Source: an uncultured Gemmatimonadales bacterium
GTDB lineage: Bacteria > Gemmatimonadota > Gemmatimonadetes > Gemmatimonadales > Gemmatimonadaceae
NCBI GenBank assembly: GCA_963793305.1
Contig: CAWBZV010000011.1
Coordinates: 1-64,000 of the forward strand
DNA: 64,000 nucleotides
Reading direction: 5' to 3'
The position numbers were made by a program, and so were the translations under genes. Shown in pieces: positions 23,603 through 34,900 of the stretch (position 1 is the stretch's first letter; each line of letters opens with the position of its first letter). The notes under the pieces were generated by a model. The model searched no databases, had not been told where the DNA came from, and saw only the letters and a program-made list of their open reading frames with translations.

Positions 23603-24167
23603 TCGCATTGTCGGCCATGCTCTCGCGCTAGCCAGTGTCGATGGCCTGGAAGCGCTGAGTCTCGGGGAACTAGCGAACGACGTTGGCATGTCGAAGAGTG
23701 GGCTCTTCGCCCACTTTCGCTCGAAAGAGGCGCTGCAACTCGATGTCCTCAACGCCGCCGTCGAGAAATTCCGCCGGGGTGTTATCGTGCCCGCCTTGGC
23801 CGAACCGCGCGGCGAGCCGAGGGTGAGAGCGCTGTTCGTCCGGTGGCTCGAGTGGGAACGGAGCGACAGCATGCCCGGTGGCTGTGTCTTCGTGCACGCG
23901 GCGTTCGAGTGGGATGATCGCACCGGCCCCGTGCGCGAGGCTATCGCGGCGTTTCAGCGGGAGTGGCTAGAGTTCCTCGCCGGCGCTGCCCAACGCGCGA
24001 TCGACGAAGGGCACTTTCGTCGTGGCAGTAATCCCCAACAGTTCGCGTTCCAGATGTTGGGGATCGTCCTCGCCTACTACTGGGCGAAGCGGCTGTTGCG
24101 CGACCCTCAAGCCAAGCACAAGGCGGTTGATGCGTTCACGGCTCTCGTGGAGGGCGTGCGGTGCTAA
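23574..24167 (+). CDS. TetR-family regulator
   Basis: GLEALSLGELANDVGMSKSGLFAHFRSKEAL; GGCVF. Confidence 0.93.
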   Translation: MMTKGTATRDRIVGHALALASVDGLEALSLGELANDVGMSKSGLFAHFRSKEALQLDVLNAAVEKFRRGVIVPALAEPRGEPRVRALFVRWLEWERSDSMPGGCVFVHAAFEWDDRTGPVREAIAAFQREWLEFLAGAAQRAIDEGHFRRGSNPQQFAFQMLGIVLAYYWAKRLLRDPQAKHKAVDAFTALVEGVRC

Positions 24168-24973
24168 AGTACTATTTCGCGGCGGCGTCGCTCGTGGCGC
24201 CGAGCGTGGTCGAGCGGCAAGCGGCGGCATTGTTCTTCCAACCGCGCCGTCGTGCGAAGACCGGACTGCCGGGTGATTGGCAGCGGATGATGATCGAGGA
24301 CGTCGCGGTGTGGACCGCCGGGTCCGGGCCCACGGTGCTGCTCACGCATGGCTGGGAAGGATCGGCCGCTGATTTTGTTCCACTGGCGACGGTGCTCGTC
24401 GCGAACGGCTATCGCGTGGCGCTCATCGACCTGCCGGCGCACGGCACGTCAAAGGGCCGAAGCACGAACATCGTCGAGTGCATGCGGGCCCTCGCGATGG
24501 TGTCGCAGGCGCTTGGCGGCGTCGAGATCGCGGTGGGTCATTCGTTCGGGGCGATGGCCACGGCGCTTGCGGTCGCCGAGTCGCGCATCGCGCCGCGGAC
24601 GGTCGTGTTGTTCGCGCCCGTCGCGACGCCGAATCAGTTCATCGTGCCGTTCGCGCGGATGATCGGGTTGCCGCGCGCTCGGGCGGGCGGGGTGCAGCGG
24701 GAGATCGAGGAGCGCGTGGGGCGCACCGTCGCATCGTTCGACGTGCCGAGCGCGGTATCCAACCTGGACATTCCGCTGCTCATCTTGCACGACCCGCGCG
24801 ATCGGATCGCGGATTGGTCCTACGCGCGGGCGATCGCCGATGCGTGGCCCAAGAGCCGTCTGAGTAGCAGCGATGGCCTCGGACATCGGCGGCTGCTCAG
24901 CGACCCTTACACGATCGCCAGAGCGGTGGAGTTCGTCAGAGCCCGAGCGACAGCTGCTCCGGCTGTCCAGTAA
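24161..24973 (+). CDS. Alpha/beta hydrolase
   Basis: HGWEG, DLPAHG, GHSFG, GLGHRR. Confidence 0.9.
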   Translation: MLKYYFAAASLVAPSVVERQAAALFFQPRRRAKTGLPGDWQRMMIEDVAVWTAGSGPTVLLTHGWEGSAADFVPLATVLVANGYRVALIDLPAHGTSKGRSTNIVECMRALAMVSQALGGVEIAVGHSFGAMATALAVAESRIAPRTVVLFAPVATPNQFIVPFARMIGLPRARAGGVQREIEERVGRTVASFDVPSAVSNLDIPLLILHDPRDRIADWSYARAIADAWPKSRLSSSDGLGHRRLLSDPYTIARAVEFVRARATAAPAVQ

Positions 24974-25706
24974 CCGTGAGCGCGTCCTGTGGGGCGGCTG
25001 TTAAATCTCCGCGCCACGCCTTCCGCATGGCGGCCACCGCGAACTCGGGCTCGTTGCAGGTTTCGCTCAAGTGGGCGAGCACGACTTGCCGCAACCCTCG
25101 CCAGGCGACCGACCGCACGAGCTCCGCGGCGGCGCGATTGCTCAGATGCCCGCGGGGCCCTGCGATGCGCCACATGACCGACGGCGGATACGGGCATGCC
25201 CGGAGCATCATCTCGTCATGATTCGACTCGACGACGAGCACATCGACACGCTGAAGGGCGGCGCGGAGACAATCGGTGACGTGCCCGAAATCGTAGGCGA
25301 GGCCTAAGCGCGCGCCGGTCGAACGCTCGGTCGCGACGAGCGCGATCGGCGAGGTCGCGTCGTGCGGAACTGGACAGGCCGTGAGGTCGAGCGCGCCGAA
25401 CTTCCAGGTATTGTCCGGGCGGATCGGCTCGACATCGGCGAATTCCGGGCACTGGGCGAGCGTACCCGAGGTCCCGTACACCCGCCAACCCCAACGCCGC
25501 GCGCTCGACGCGGCGCCGCGCGCATGATCGTGATGCTCGTGCGTCAGGACGAGCGCCGAGATCGATTCCGGCGCGATGCCGGCCGCCTCGAGTCGACGGG
25601 CGAGTACGCGGCGTGGGAAACCGGCGTCAATGAGCACGCGCGTGTCACCCGACTCGATGACGGTCGCGTTGCCTCGACTGCCGCTTCCCAGCAACCAGGT
25701 TCTCAT
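24936..25706 (-). CDS. MBL-fold metallohydrolase (YycJ/WalJ-like)
   Basis: LGSGSRGN, THEHHDH, ESNHD, GHLSN, HLSE. Confidence 0.9.
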   Translation of the reverse strand: MRTWLLGSGSRGNATVIESGDTRVLIDAGFPRRVLARRLEAAGIAPESISALVLTHEHHDHARGAASSARRWGWRVYGTSGTLAQCPEFADVEPIRPDNTWKFGALDLTACPVPHDATSPIALVATERSTGARLGLAYDFGHVTDCLRAALQRVDVLVVESNHDEMMLRACPYPPSVMWRIAGPRGHLSNRAAAELVRSVAWRGLRQVVLAHLSETCNEPEFAVAAMRKAWRGDLTAAPQDALTVTGQPEQLSLGL

Positions 25707-26887
25707 CGTTTCACGGCGAGCGCGTGCGCGGCGGAGAGTTGACGGCGGGCCTTGGCGCCCAGCGTTTGTGCACGGCGCTGCATCTGTCGCTCGGCAGCCT
25801 CATAGAACTTAGCGAGTGCGTATGTCCCGGGCTGCCCGGAGTTGTCCCACGCGAACGGCGGGATGTACTTCGGCGCCACGCCGGCGTCCACGACGTTCGC
25901 GCCGGCGCCCACCACCGAGCCGGTCGTGAGGCGCGTACCGATGCCGGTCTTCGCGAAATCCCCGAAGAACGTGCCCAGGAATTGCAAGCCGGTGTCGCGC
26001 ACGCCCGTCGGCGTCCAGAGCTGCACCGGGCCGTACGTGTTCTTCAAGTTGCTCGTGATGGTGCCGGCGCCGAGGTTGACCCAGCGGCCCAAGTACGAAT
26101 GGCCGACGAACCCGTCGTGGCTCTTGTTCGCGTACGATAGAATGATCGACGCCGAGAGCTCGCCGTGGACCTTGCAGTGCTCGCCGATCGCGCTCCCCTC
26201 GATGCGATCGGTCGACACGCTCGACTCCTCGCCGATATAGCATGGCCCAATCAGGCGGGTAAAGGCGCTGACGACCGCGCCGCGGCAGACGAGGACCGGA
26301 CCCTTCGAGCAGTCGATCGACGCCATGGGGTCGACTTTGGCGCCGTGCTCGACGTACATGGCGTGCGCGTCGCGCTTGGAGCTCCGGGACGCGGCCGCGG
26401 GTCCGAGAATGTCGATGTCGTCGCAGAGCAGGCCGTGCAGGTCGCGGATCAGGTGCCAGACTTCGTCGATCCAGCGGCCACGGATATCGACCCCGGTCTG
26501 GTCCCCGCCGATCGTCTCCAGCGCGACCATCCCGTCGGCCAACTCGGCGACGGCCAGCGGCCGCGAAAGACGCACGGCCGCGTAGCGACCGGCGCAACGC
26601 CAGACCAATGCGTCGTGCGACGGCCGGGCATCGAGAGCGGGCAGGAATCGGGAGTTGACCAGCCAGGAGCCGGCGGGAAGGGTGTCGGTGACCGCCCCCG
26701 GCGCGTGGGGCTCGTCGTAGTCGACGAGATGTGCGGCGACGACATGGCCGGCCGCGTCCTCGCCCGTGACGCGCTCCCAGCGCTCGCGCGTGACGAGCGC
26801 GCCAGCGCGGAGCTCGCCGATGGGCCGGGTGAGCGCGAACGGCTCGAATGCTCGCGCGCGCGCATCATCGTAGAGAAAAAAGCTCAC
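25703..26887 (-). CDS. GlmU-related putative sugar nucleotidyltransferase/acyltransferase
   Basis: PFALTRPIGELRAG, NKSHDGFVGHSYLGRWVNLGAGT, hexapeptide repeats; GTG start overlaps the manC stop. Confidence 0.85.
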   Translation of the reverse strand: MSFFLYDDARARAFEPFALTRPIGELRAGALVTRERWERVTGEDAAGHVVAAHLVDYDEPHAPGAVTDTLPAGSWLVNSRFLPALDARPSHDALVWRCAGRYAAVRLSRPLAVAELADGMVALETIGGDQTGVDIRGRWIDEVWHLIRDLHGLLCDDIDILGPAAASRSSKRDAHAMYVEHGAKVDPMASIDCSKGPVLVCRGAVVSAFTRLIGPCYIGEESSVSTDRIEGSAIGEHCKVHGELSASIILSYANKSHDGFVGHSYLGRWVNLGAGTITSNLKNTYGPVQLWTPTGVRDTGLQFLGTFFGDFAKTGIGTRLTTGSVVGAGANVVDAGVAPKYIPPFAWDNSGQPGTYALAKFYEAAERQMQRRAQTLGAKARRQLSAAHALAVKR

Positions 26888-27912
26888 CGCGGATCGCGGA
26901 GGGCGGGCGGCAACGCCTCGAGCAGGCCCTTGAGGTCGGCCGAGCGTTCGACCGTCGTTACCAGGGTCATCCCATCGACGACGACAACCACGATACCGGA
27001 GACGCCATCGAGCACGACGGCGTTCCGACCGTCGGCGTGGATGACGTTGTCGTGGGCGTCGCGGGTGTAGACGTTGCCGTAGCTCGCGTTGCCAGCGGCG
27101 TCTTTCTCGCGGACTCTGGCTAGGGCGCCCCATGTACCGACATCGTCCCAGCCGAAGCGGCCCGGGATGACGAGCACGCGACTGGAGCGTTCGAGTACGC
27201 CAACGTCGACGGAAATCGATTTGACGCGATCAAAAAATGCGTCGATGCTGGGGATGCCGATAGCGGGCGCGACTTCCGGCGTTAGCGCCCGGATCTCATC
27301 GAGAAAGTCGCCCACGCGCCAGGCGAAGATGCCAGAGTTCCAGAGGTACCCATCGGCGACCATCTTGGCCGCGCGAAGCTTGTCGGGCTTCTCAACGAAG
27401 CGCTCAACGCGAAGAACGCCTGGTTCGACCTCGCCTCCAGGGCAGATATAGCCGAACCCCGGATCGGGACGACTCGGCACGATGCCCACCGTGACGAGGC
27501 TCGCGTGACGCTCGGCGGCTGAAACCCCGGCGGAGAGGGCATCGCGGAATGCGGGTTCGTCGGTGACGGCCCAGTCCGCGTGAACGCAGATCATCCCAGC
27601 ATTGCGCCCTTCGCGACGCTCGATTTCGGTCGCGGCGTAGGCGAGTGCGGCGGCCGTGCCCGCCGGGCGCGGCTCGGCGATCACGTTCTCGCGAGGGAGC
27701 CGGGCGAACATCGCGACTTCGTTCTTGATCCCGGCGTTCGTGAGGACCAGCGTGCGCTCGGCCGGGACCAGCGGCGTCAGACGGTTGAGCGTGTCGACGA
27801 GCAGCGGATGCTCGGTCACGAGCGGAAGGAGCTGCTTTGGTCGCTCGGGCGTGCTCAGTGGCCAGAAGCGCGATCCGACGCCGCCTGCCAGGACCACCGC
27901 CCAAGTGCTCAC
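26884..27912 (-). CDS. manC: Mannose-1-phosphate guanylyltransferase
   Basis: LAGGVGSRFWPLS..RPKQ, FVEKP, WNSGIF, WDDVGTW. Confidence 0.92.
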   Translation of the reverse strand: MSTWAVVLAGGVGSRFWPLSTPERPKQLLPLVTEHPLLVDTLNRLTPLVPAERTLVLTNAGIKNEVAMFARLPRENVIAEPRPAGTAAALAYAATEIERREGRNAGMICVHADWAVTDEPAFRDALSAGVSAAERHASLVTVGIVPSRPDPGFGYICPGGEVEPGVLRVERFVEKPDKLRAAKMVADGYLWNSGIFAWRVGDFLDEIRALTPEVAPAIGIPSIDAFFDRVKSISVDVGVLERSSRVLVIPGRFGWDDVGTWGALARVREKDAAGNASYGNVYTRDAHDNVIHADGRNAVVLDGVSGIVVVVVDGMTLVTTVERSADLKGLLEALPPALRDPR

Positions 27913-27992
27913 GGCTCCGCCGTGCGTCGATGCGTCGCGTTCGCTCCGCTCGACGGGGTCGGTTGGAAAGAGCTCGACTCCGTCTCGCTCAT
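27909..27992 (-). repeat. Dispersed hairpin repeat, copy 1, forming a 27-codon mini-ORF
   Basis: Homologous to 31543-31621 and 49506-49629; begins ATGA on the upstream stop and ends GTGA on the manC start. Confidence 0.8.
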
Positions 27993-28388
27993 GCGTCCTC
28001 CGCGTGCGCGACGCCCGCGAGCTCCGCCGTCCGCGCGTACAGCTTCTTGGGGCTGAATGGCTTGGTCAGGAACTCGGTCGCGCCCAGTCGCATCGCCAGC
28101 CGGTGTTGCTGCTCCTGCCCGGCGGCCGTGAGAATGATGCACGGCAAGTCCTTCCGCTTGGGGTCCGCCCGGAGCTCGGCCAGGACGTCGAGTCCCGACA
28201 GAATGCGGCATCATGAGATCGAGCAGCACGATCCCAATGTCCGGTTCCTGCCGCAGAATCTCCAGCGCTTCGCGGCCGTCGTAGGCCAAAGTCACGCGGA
28301 ACGGACCTTGTTCCAGCTTCATTTTGATGATCCGACCAATGTGCGGCTCATCATCCGCCACGAGGGCGTGGATCCGCTCCCCCGCCAT
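27989..28388 (-). CDS. Single-domain response regulator (one frameshift)
   Basis: LVADDEPHI, LLDLMMP, then IILTAAG and FLTKPFSP in a shifted frame. Confidence 0.88.
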
Positions 28389-28741
28389 TAGACCAACGAC
28401 GCGATTTGTTCGCGGTAGCGGCGAAGCTCGAACAGGAGCTGTCCGACGTTGGCCTTGGGCTGGACGAGCACCAGCAGGATGGCGTCGGCGGAGAGCACCG
28501 AAACAATCGCCAGGCCACTGGGGTGTTCCAGTACGGCGGTCACGAGGTCGCCCCGCGCGGCTGAGGCCCCGAAGTCGTCCGCGGCGTTGACGAGACCCGG
28601 GACGTGGGCCGCCACGTTCTCGGCCTCGAGGCTCGGGATCGTCTGGCTGTCGATCAGCAAGCCGTCGCGACCCAGCACGACGGCCGCATCGACGCCATCA
28701 CGTTGGCGGATGGCCGCGACGAGGTCTCGAATGGTTGGCAT
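28388..28741 (-). CDS. Roadblock/LC7 (MglB-like) domain protein
   Basis: 117 aa; GVDAAVVLGRDGLLI; ANVGQLLFEL. Confidence 0.88.
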   Translation of the reverse strand: MPTIRDLVAAIRQRDGVDAAVVLGRDGLLIDSQTIPSLEAENVAAHVPGLVNAADDFGASAARGDLVTAVLEHPSGLAIVSVLSADAILLVLVQPKANVGQLLFELRRYREQIASLV

Positions 28742-28833
28742 GGACGAGCGAAGCTAAGGAGGCCCAAAGGGGTATGTCAAGCAATGCGAATGGCTTGCAG
28801 TCACCGTCCCCCACCTCTAATGTACGCCTGGTC

Positions 28834-29436
28834 ATGACACTTCGCTTGCCCACAGCCCGTCTCGGGGTCGTCTGTATTCTATTGTCTACGGCTGGCCTGG
28901 CGGCGATGGGGTGTGGGAACCCCAATAAGCCCGCGGCCGCGATCGCCATCACGTACGACACGCTCACCGCGTACTCGCTCGCCACGGCCGATCCGACGCA
29001 GGGGACCGCGTTCGACCTGGCGACGAGTCAGTTGGTCGTGCCAGACGGTAGCCTCAACTTCGACTTCGCCCTCAACGTCGAGGGCGGCAACGTCGTCATC
29101 TACCCGGCGAAGCTCGTAGTCACGGCCGCCGGCATTCCGCGCGTCGTTGGGCTTCAGATCATCCAAAATATCGCGTTCGATCAGATCCAAATCGCATCGC
29201 ACAATGGCTACGAGTTCAACGACTCGCTGCTCGTCGCGCCTGGGCAGATCTTCGAGGTCGTGACGCAGAATACGACCGCGTGTACCGCGGTCAGCATTAC
29301 GTCGCAGGAACTGCTCTACGGCAAGTTTCAGATCGACAGCATCGATCGGTCGGCTGGGTTGATTCATTTCCGGGCGGTCGTCGATCCGAACTGCGATTAC
29401 GATACGCTCGTTCCCGGCGCTATCCCGAGCCACTAA
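28834..29436 (+). CDS. Hypothetical lipoprotein
   Basis: Signal peptide ending AAMGC; intact beta-rich ORF. Confidence 0.75.
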   Translation: MTLRLPTARLGVVCILLSTAGLAAMGCGNPNKPAAAIAITYDTLTAYSLATADPTQGTAFDLATSQLVVPDGSLNFDFALNVEGGNVVIYPAKLVVTAAGIPRVVGLQIIQNIAFDQIQIASHNGYEFNDSLLVAPGQIFEVVTQNTTACTAVSITSQELLYGKFQIDSIDRSAGLIHFRAVVDPNCDYDTLVPGAIPSH

Positions 29437-29451
29437 CAAGGAGCGGACGCC

Positions 29452-30724
29452 GTGCACGATGCGCGTTTGCTTCGCGAGCGACCTGAGGCCCTGCGTGCCG
29501 CGCTGGAGCGTCGCGGGGCGACGAGTGCGCTCGCTTCGCTCGCGCAACTCGAATCGCTCGACGCGGATTGGCGTCGACTGACCGCCTCTGTCGAAGAGCT
29601 CAAGGCGCGTCGCAATACGCTCACCCAGAGACGTCCAGCGCGCCAAGAAAGATGGCAAGGACGCCTCGGCGCTCGTCGACGAGAGCCGTCGTGTGGGTGA
29701 TCAGATCGCCGACCTGGACACGCGCGCGAGCGAAGCGAAGCGAGCGCGCAATGATTTGTTGCTGCAGATCCCGAACATCACGCTCGCCAATGTTCCGGCA
29801 GGCGGAGAAGAAGCCAACGCCGTGATTCGGGAATGGGGCAAGCCGCGGCCGAGCGAGGGCCTCAAGCCCCACTGGGAAATCGGGACGAAGCTCGGGCTCA
29901 TCGATTTCGAGGCTGGAGCAAAGGTCACGGGGTCCGGGTTCATCGTCTTTCGCGGGCTGGGTGCACGACTCGTGCGGTCGCTGATCAACTGGATGATCAC
30001 GCTCCAGACGAGCGAGCACGGATACGACGAGACGTGGGTCCCATACGTCGTCAATCGGACATCGATGACGGGTACGGGCCAACTGCCAAAGTTCGAGGAC
30101 GATCTCTATCGGATCGAGAGCGACGATCTCTTTTTGATTCCGACGGCCGAGGTGCCCATCACGAATCTGTTTCGTGATGAGATCCTCGATGGCGCCAAGC
30201 TGCCGATGGGGCTCGTTGGCTATACCCCGTGCTTTCGGCGCGAGGCTGGTGCGGCCGGGAAGGACACCCGCGGGCTTTTGCGCGTGCACGAGTTCGACAA
30301 AGTCGAGCTGGTGAGAGTTTGTGCGCCGGAGGATTCGCCGGCGCAGCATGAGTTGCTCACGACGCATGCCGAACGGGTGTTGCAGCGGCTCGGCCTGCCG
30401 TATCGTGTTGTACTGCTCGCCGCGGGCGATACGGGATTTGCGTCGGCCAAGACGTATGATCTCGAAGTCTGGGCGCCCGGCGTCGGGAAATGGCTGGAAG
30501 TGTCCTCGTGTAGTACGTTCACGGACTTTCAAGCGAGAAGGGCGAATATTCGGTATAGAGCGGCAGGCGGGAAGAAGCCCGAGTTCGTGCACACGTTGAA
30601 CGGTTCGGGCCTCGGGTTCCCGCGCACGATCGCCACGCTGCTCGAGCACTATCAGCAGCCGGACGGCTCGGTCGTCGTTCCGGAAGTGCTGCGCCCGTAT
30701 CTCGGCGCCGATCGTATCGGCTGA
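29452..30724 (+). CDS. serS: Serine--tRNA ligase (one frameshift near 29630)
   Basis: GQLPKF, LIPTAEVP, CFRREAG, EVSSCS, HTLNGSG. Confidence 0.97.
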
Positions 30725-30735
30725 GGCCATTCACG

Positions 30736-31964
30736 ATGGCGCGTCGGCTGCCGACGATCCTCCTGGGGCTCGGATTCGCCGTCCTGCTGGGTTGGTACGT
30801 CGTCTCGACGCAACGCGTATTGGCCGAGTTGCGGCGGGAGGCCGCGCGGTCCGGGCAGATGTACGCGCGGATCTTCAAGGCCCTGAGCGATACCTCGGAG
30901 CGCGCGAGCGCCAATGCGTTGTTCGATCTCGCGCGGCACATTCGCGAGATGGGCGTGCCCGTGGTCGTGACCGACCCACACGGCATCCCGCGCTACACGG
31001 CGAACATTCCGTTCAATGCACCGCTCGACGGGCCGCGCATGCGAGCGTACGTCGACGAGCTCGACGCCGAGAATCCGCCGGTGATCGAGCCGGGGATCGG
31101 CATCGTGCACATCGGGAATACGCCGTTGGTGGAGGGGTTGCGGATCATTCCGATCCTGCAAGTGATCCTGCTCGCGTTTCTGCTCGGGGCGAGCATCTTC
31201 ACGCTGCGCACGCGAGCCCACGCCGACCGGGAGCGGGTGTGGGCTGGCATGGCCCGAGAATCCGCGCACCAGCTGGGCACACCGCTGTCGTCGCTCAGCG
31301 GCTGGGTCGAGCTGCTGCGCGAGCGGGACGAGGCCGCCGAGTCGTCATCGCTGCTGGATCATATGCAGAGCGACCTTGTGCGGTTGGAGCGGGTCGCGCA
31401 CCGGTTTGAGCGTATCGGCCGGCCGCCGAAGGCCGAGCCGGTGGATGCCGCGGAGCTCATGCAGCGGGTTGCGGGGTATTTCCGGGCGCGGGTCCCGTCG
31501 TTGGCGCATACGGTCACGGTCTGCGCCGAGGTCGAGCCGCTAGAGCGAGGCGCAGCCGAGCTCATTCCAACCGACCAGTCGAGCGGCGCCGAAGGCGCTG
31601 CATCGACGCGCCGCGGAGCGGCGCTCTGGTACAGGGCGACTCGGTTCTGCTCGAGTGGGCTCTGGAGGCGATTGTAAAGAACGCGATCGACGCGCTCGCT
31701 GGTCGGGGCGGCCGGGTCGATCTCACGGCGTCGCCGTTCCCCGAAGGCGGTGTCCGGCTTCGCATCAGCGACGACGGGCCCGGGGTGCCGGCCAAGATCC
31801 GGAAGCAGATCTTCCAGCCCGGGTTCTCCACAAAACAGCGCGGGTGGGGCATCGGGCTCTCGCTCGCCAAGCGCATCATCGAGGAAAACCATGGCGGCCG
31901 GCTCGCGCTCGTGTCGTCGGGGCAGGGCGATCGCGGAGCGACGTTCGAGATTATTTTGCCTTGA
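30736..31964 (+). CDS. Sensor histidine kinase with an internal repeat insertion and a frame switch
   Basis: ESAHQLGTPLSSL, KNAIDAL, DDGPG, GWGIGL. Confidence 0.9.
31543..31621 (+). repeat. Dispersed hairpin repeat, copy 2, inside the histidine kinase gene
   Basis: GAGCGAGGCGCAGCCGAGCTCATTCCAACCGA...GCATCGACGC...GCGGAGC aligns with copy 1. Confidence 0.8.
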
Positions 31965-34900
31965 TGTCGGGCGAGCCACTCGCGGGCCTCAATCCCGCGC
32001 AGCGTGATGCCGTATTGCACGGTGAAGGCCCTCTCCTCGTCCTCGCGGGCGCGGGATCGGGCAAGACACGCGTGCTCACGACGCGGATCTTCAATCTGAT
32101 CCGCGAGCACGGCGTCGAGCCATCGGAGATTCTCGCGGTCACGTTCACGAACAAGGCGGCGGGCGAGATGCGCGCCCGCCTGACGCGCCTGCTGGGCGGT
32201 GAGCCGACCGGTATGTGGGTCGGCACGTTCCACGCGATCGGCGCCCGACTGCTGCGGGCGAACGCGAAGTACGTCAACCGTACGTCGGCGTTTACGATCT
32301 ACGACGAGGACGACATCCTCGGTACCGTCAAGCGCATGATGGACGCCAAGGGCCTCTCGGTCCGCGACCTTCCACCGAAGGTCGTGCATTCGGTGATTTC
32401 CAATGCGAAGAACGCCCTCGTCTTGCCCTCCGAGTACGCGAAGCTCGCGTCCGATCCGCTTTCTCGGGCGGCGGCACAGGTGTACAACGATCTCGAGCGC
32501 ACGATGCAGCAGCAGAACGCGGTCGATTTCGACGACCTCCTATTGCTGCCGGTCGAGCTCTTTCGCGCGCATCCCGACCGACTGCAGAAGTACTCGACAA
32601 TGTTCCGGTACATACTCGTCGACGAGTATCAGGACACGAACCGCGCGCAGTACACGCTGATCAAACTCCTCGGCAGCCACGGCAACGTGGCCGTGGTAGG
32701 AGACGATGATCAGTGTCTGGTGCGCGGCACAATGATCACGATGGTGGAGGGCACCGAGCGGCCGATCCAATCGGTGCGACCTGGGGATCTCGTACGGTCG
32801 GGATATGGCAGCGGCACGTTCCGTCCCGCGCGCGTCGCCGCAGTGCACGAGCGTGCGGGCATCCGCAATGGTGTGGCCATCATGACCACCGCGGGCAAGC
32901 GGATCGTCAGCACGCCCGAGCACGTGCATTTCGCGGGATATGTCTCGGGAATGGTGCCGCAGACTTACTTCACTCTCCTCATCCACCGGTCCGGCCGGGG
33001 CTATCGAGTCGGCACGGCCCACGTCGGGGACCTCCAGCCGTTGTATCGCGAGCGTGCAGACGCAGTCTGGGTGATCTCGACGCATGCGTCAGAGAATGCC
33101 GCGCGCGAGGACGAGTATCTCGTGTCGCTCCGATATGGGTTGCCGATGCTCCGCGACGGGGCGCATCGGCTGCTCGCCGACCGGGGATTGGCCGTTGATC
33201 AGCCGCATCTCAGACCGCGCTCGCGGAACGCCAATCGACGGAACGTGGTGGTCACGCTGTGTGGCGATCGGCGCGGGGCGTCGCCAATGCATCGTATCTC
33301 GATGGTGGGGAACGACGGCGAGGGACGGGACGCTCTGGCGGCAATGGGGCTCTCTGTGCGGCCGGCCAAAGCCGGATCGGCGAGCTGGCGACATGAGACC
33401 GCCAACGCGCGGTATGACGTGTTGTTCGATACGGTCGAGCGGATACGTGAGCGATTCGAACGTCAACTTGTTTCGGGTGGCGCGATTGGGGTCGACGTCG
33501 TTGCCGTTCACGCCGGCGGGCTCGGTGATGCCCGGAATGGCCATGTTTACTGGCGACGGCGACTATGACATCGTCGCGAGCGTCGAGCGCGTGACGATCA
33601 CGGAGCCGGTCTACGATCTCGATATCGACAAGACGCACAACTACGTCGCAAACGGCATCGTCACACACAACTCCATCTACGGATGGCGAGGCGCCGATAT
33701 CCGGAATATTCTCGACTTCGAGAAAGACTTTCCGGCCGCGCGGGTCGTGCGGCTCGAGGAGAATTATCGGTCGACCCAGCCGATCCTCGACCTGGCGAAT
33801 GTCGTGATCGAAGGGAATACGCAGCGGCTCGGCAAGACACTCCGTACGAATCGGCGTGGTGGGGAACGGGTCGTGCTCGTGCGCGCGGCGGATGAGAGAG
33901 ACGAAGCGAATTTCGTGGTCGATCAGATCGTCAAGCGGCGCCTGGCGGATCGGCAGGTGGCGCTCAAGGATTTCGCGATCCTGTATCGCGCCAATGCGCA
34001 GAGCCGGGCGTTCGAGGAAGCGCTGCGGCGCGAGCGCACGCCGTATCGGGTGATTGGCGCCGTGCGGTTCTATGATCGGCGAGAAGTGCGCGATGTCATG
34101 AGCTACCTCAAGCTCATCGCGAACCCGGCGGATGAGGAAGCGTTTCGACGGGCCATCACCGTGCCGCGGCGGGGAGTTGGAGAGCAGGCGCTGGGGCTTC
34201 TCAGTGAGGCGGCGCGCGGTGCTGGGGTGTCGATGCTGGAGGCGGCCGGGCGGGCCGATCTGGTGGCGGCCCTACGGCCTGGGCCGCGGGCGGCGTTGGC
34301 TGAGTTTGCGGTGCTCCTCGGCACGCTGAGAGAGAAAGCGGTCGATGCGGGCGTCGACGAGCTCTTGAACGCGATTATGAGCGCGATCAGCTATGGCGAC
34401 GTGATCAAGGGCGAGCCGGATGCGGCTGAGCGATTGGAGAATCTCCGGGAGCTCATCGAGAGCGCCGCCGAGACGGTGATCGCCGATGGGGGCGAGGTTG
34501 GTCTTCGGCCGCTCGATCACTTTCTGCAGCGGACGTCGCTCGTCGCCGCCATCGACCACCTCGACCCGAACGCCGATGCGGTGTCGATGATGACGATGCA
34601 CAATGCGAAAGGACTGGAGTTCCCCATCGTGTTCATCACGGGGCTCGAGGACGGGCTCTTCCCGTTGCGGCGCGCCATCGACAGCCCGTACACGAAAGAG
34701 CTCGAGGAGGAGCGGCGGCTGTTCTACGTCGGCATCACGCGGGCCGAGCGCACGCTATATCTCACGTATGCGGATCACCGGCGGTGGAATGGCAGCATCA
34801 TGGAAGGCATTCCGTCGCGCTTCTTGAAAACCATTCCGAAGGACATGCTCGAGCAGCACCAGACGGAGGCCGCCCGGAGCTTCGGGCGGTCGGCGTTCGC

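Noticed and set aside
29620..29650. Regulatory frameshift in serS
   Set aside because: It is a single indel in an essential gene with no slippery motif; probably a sequencing error.
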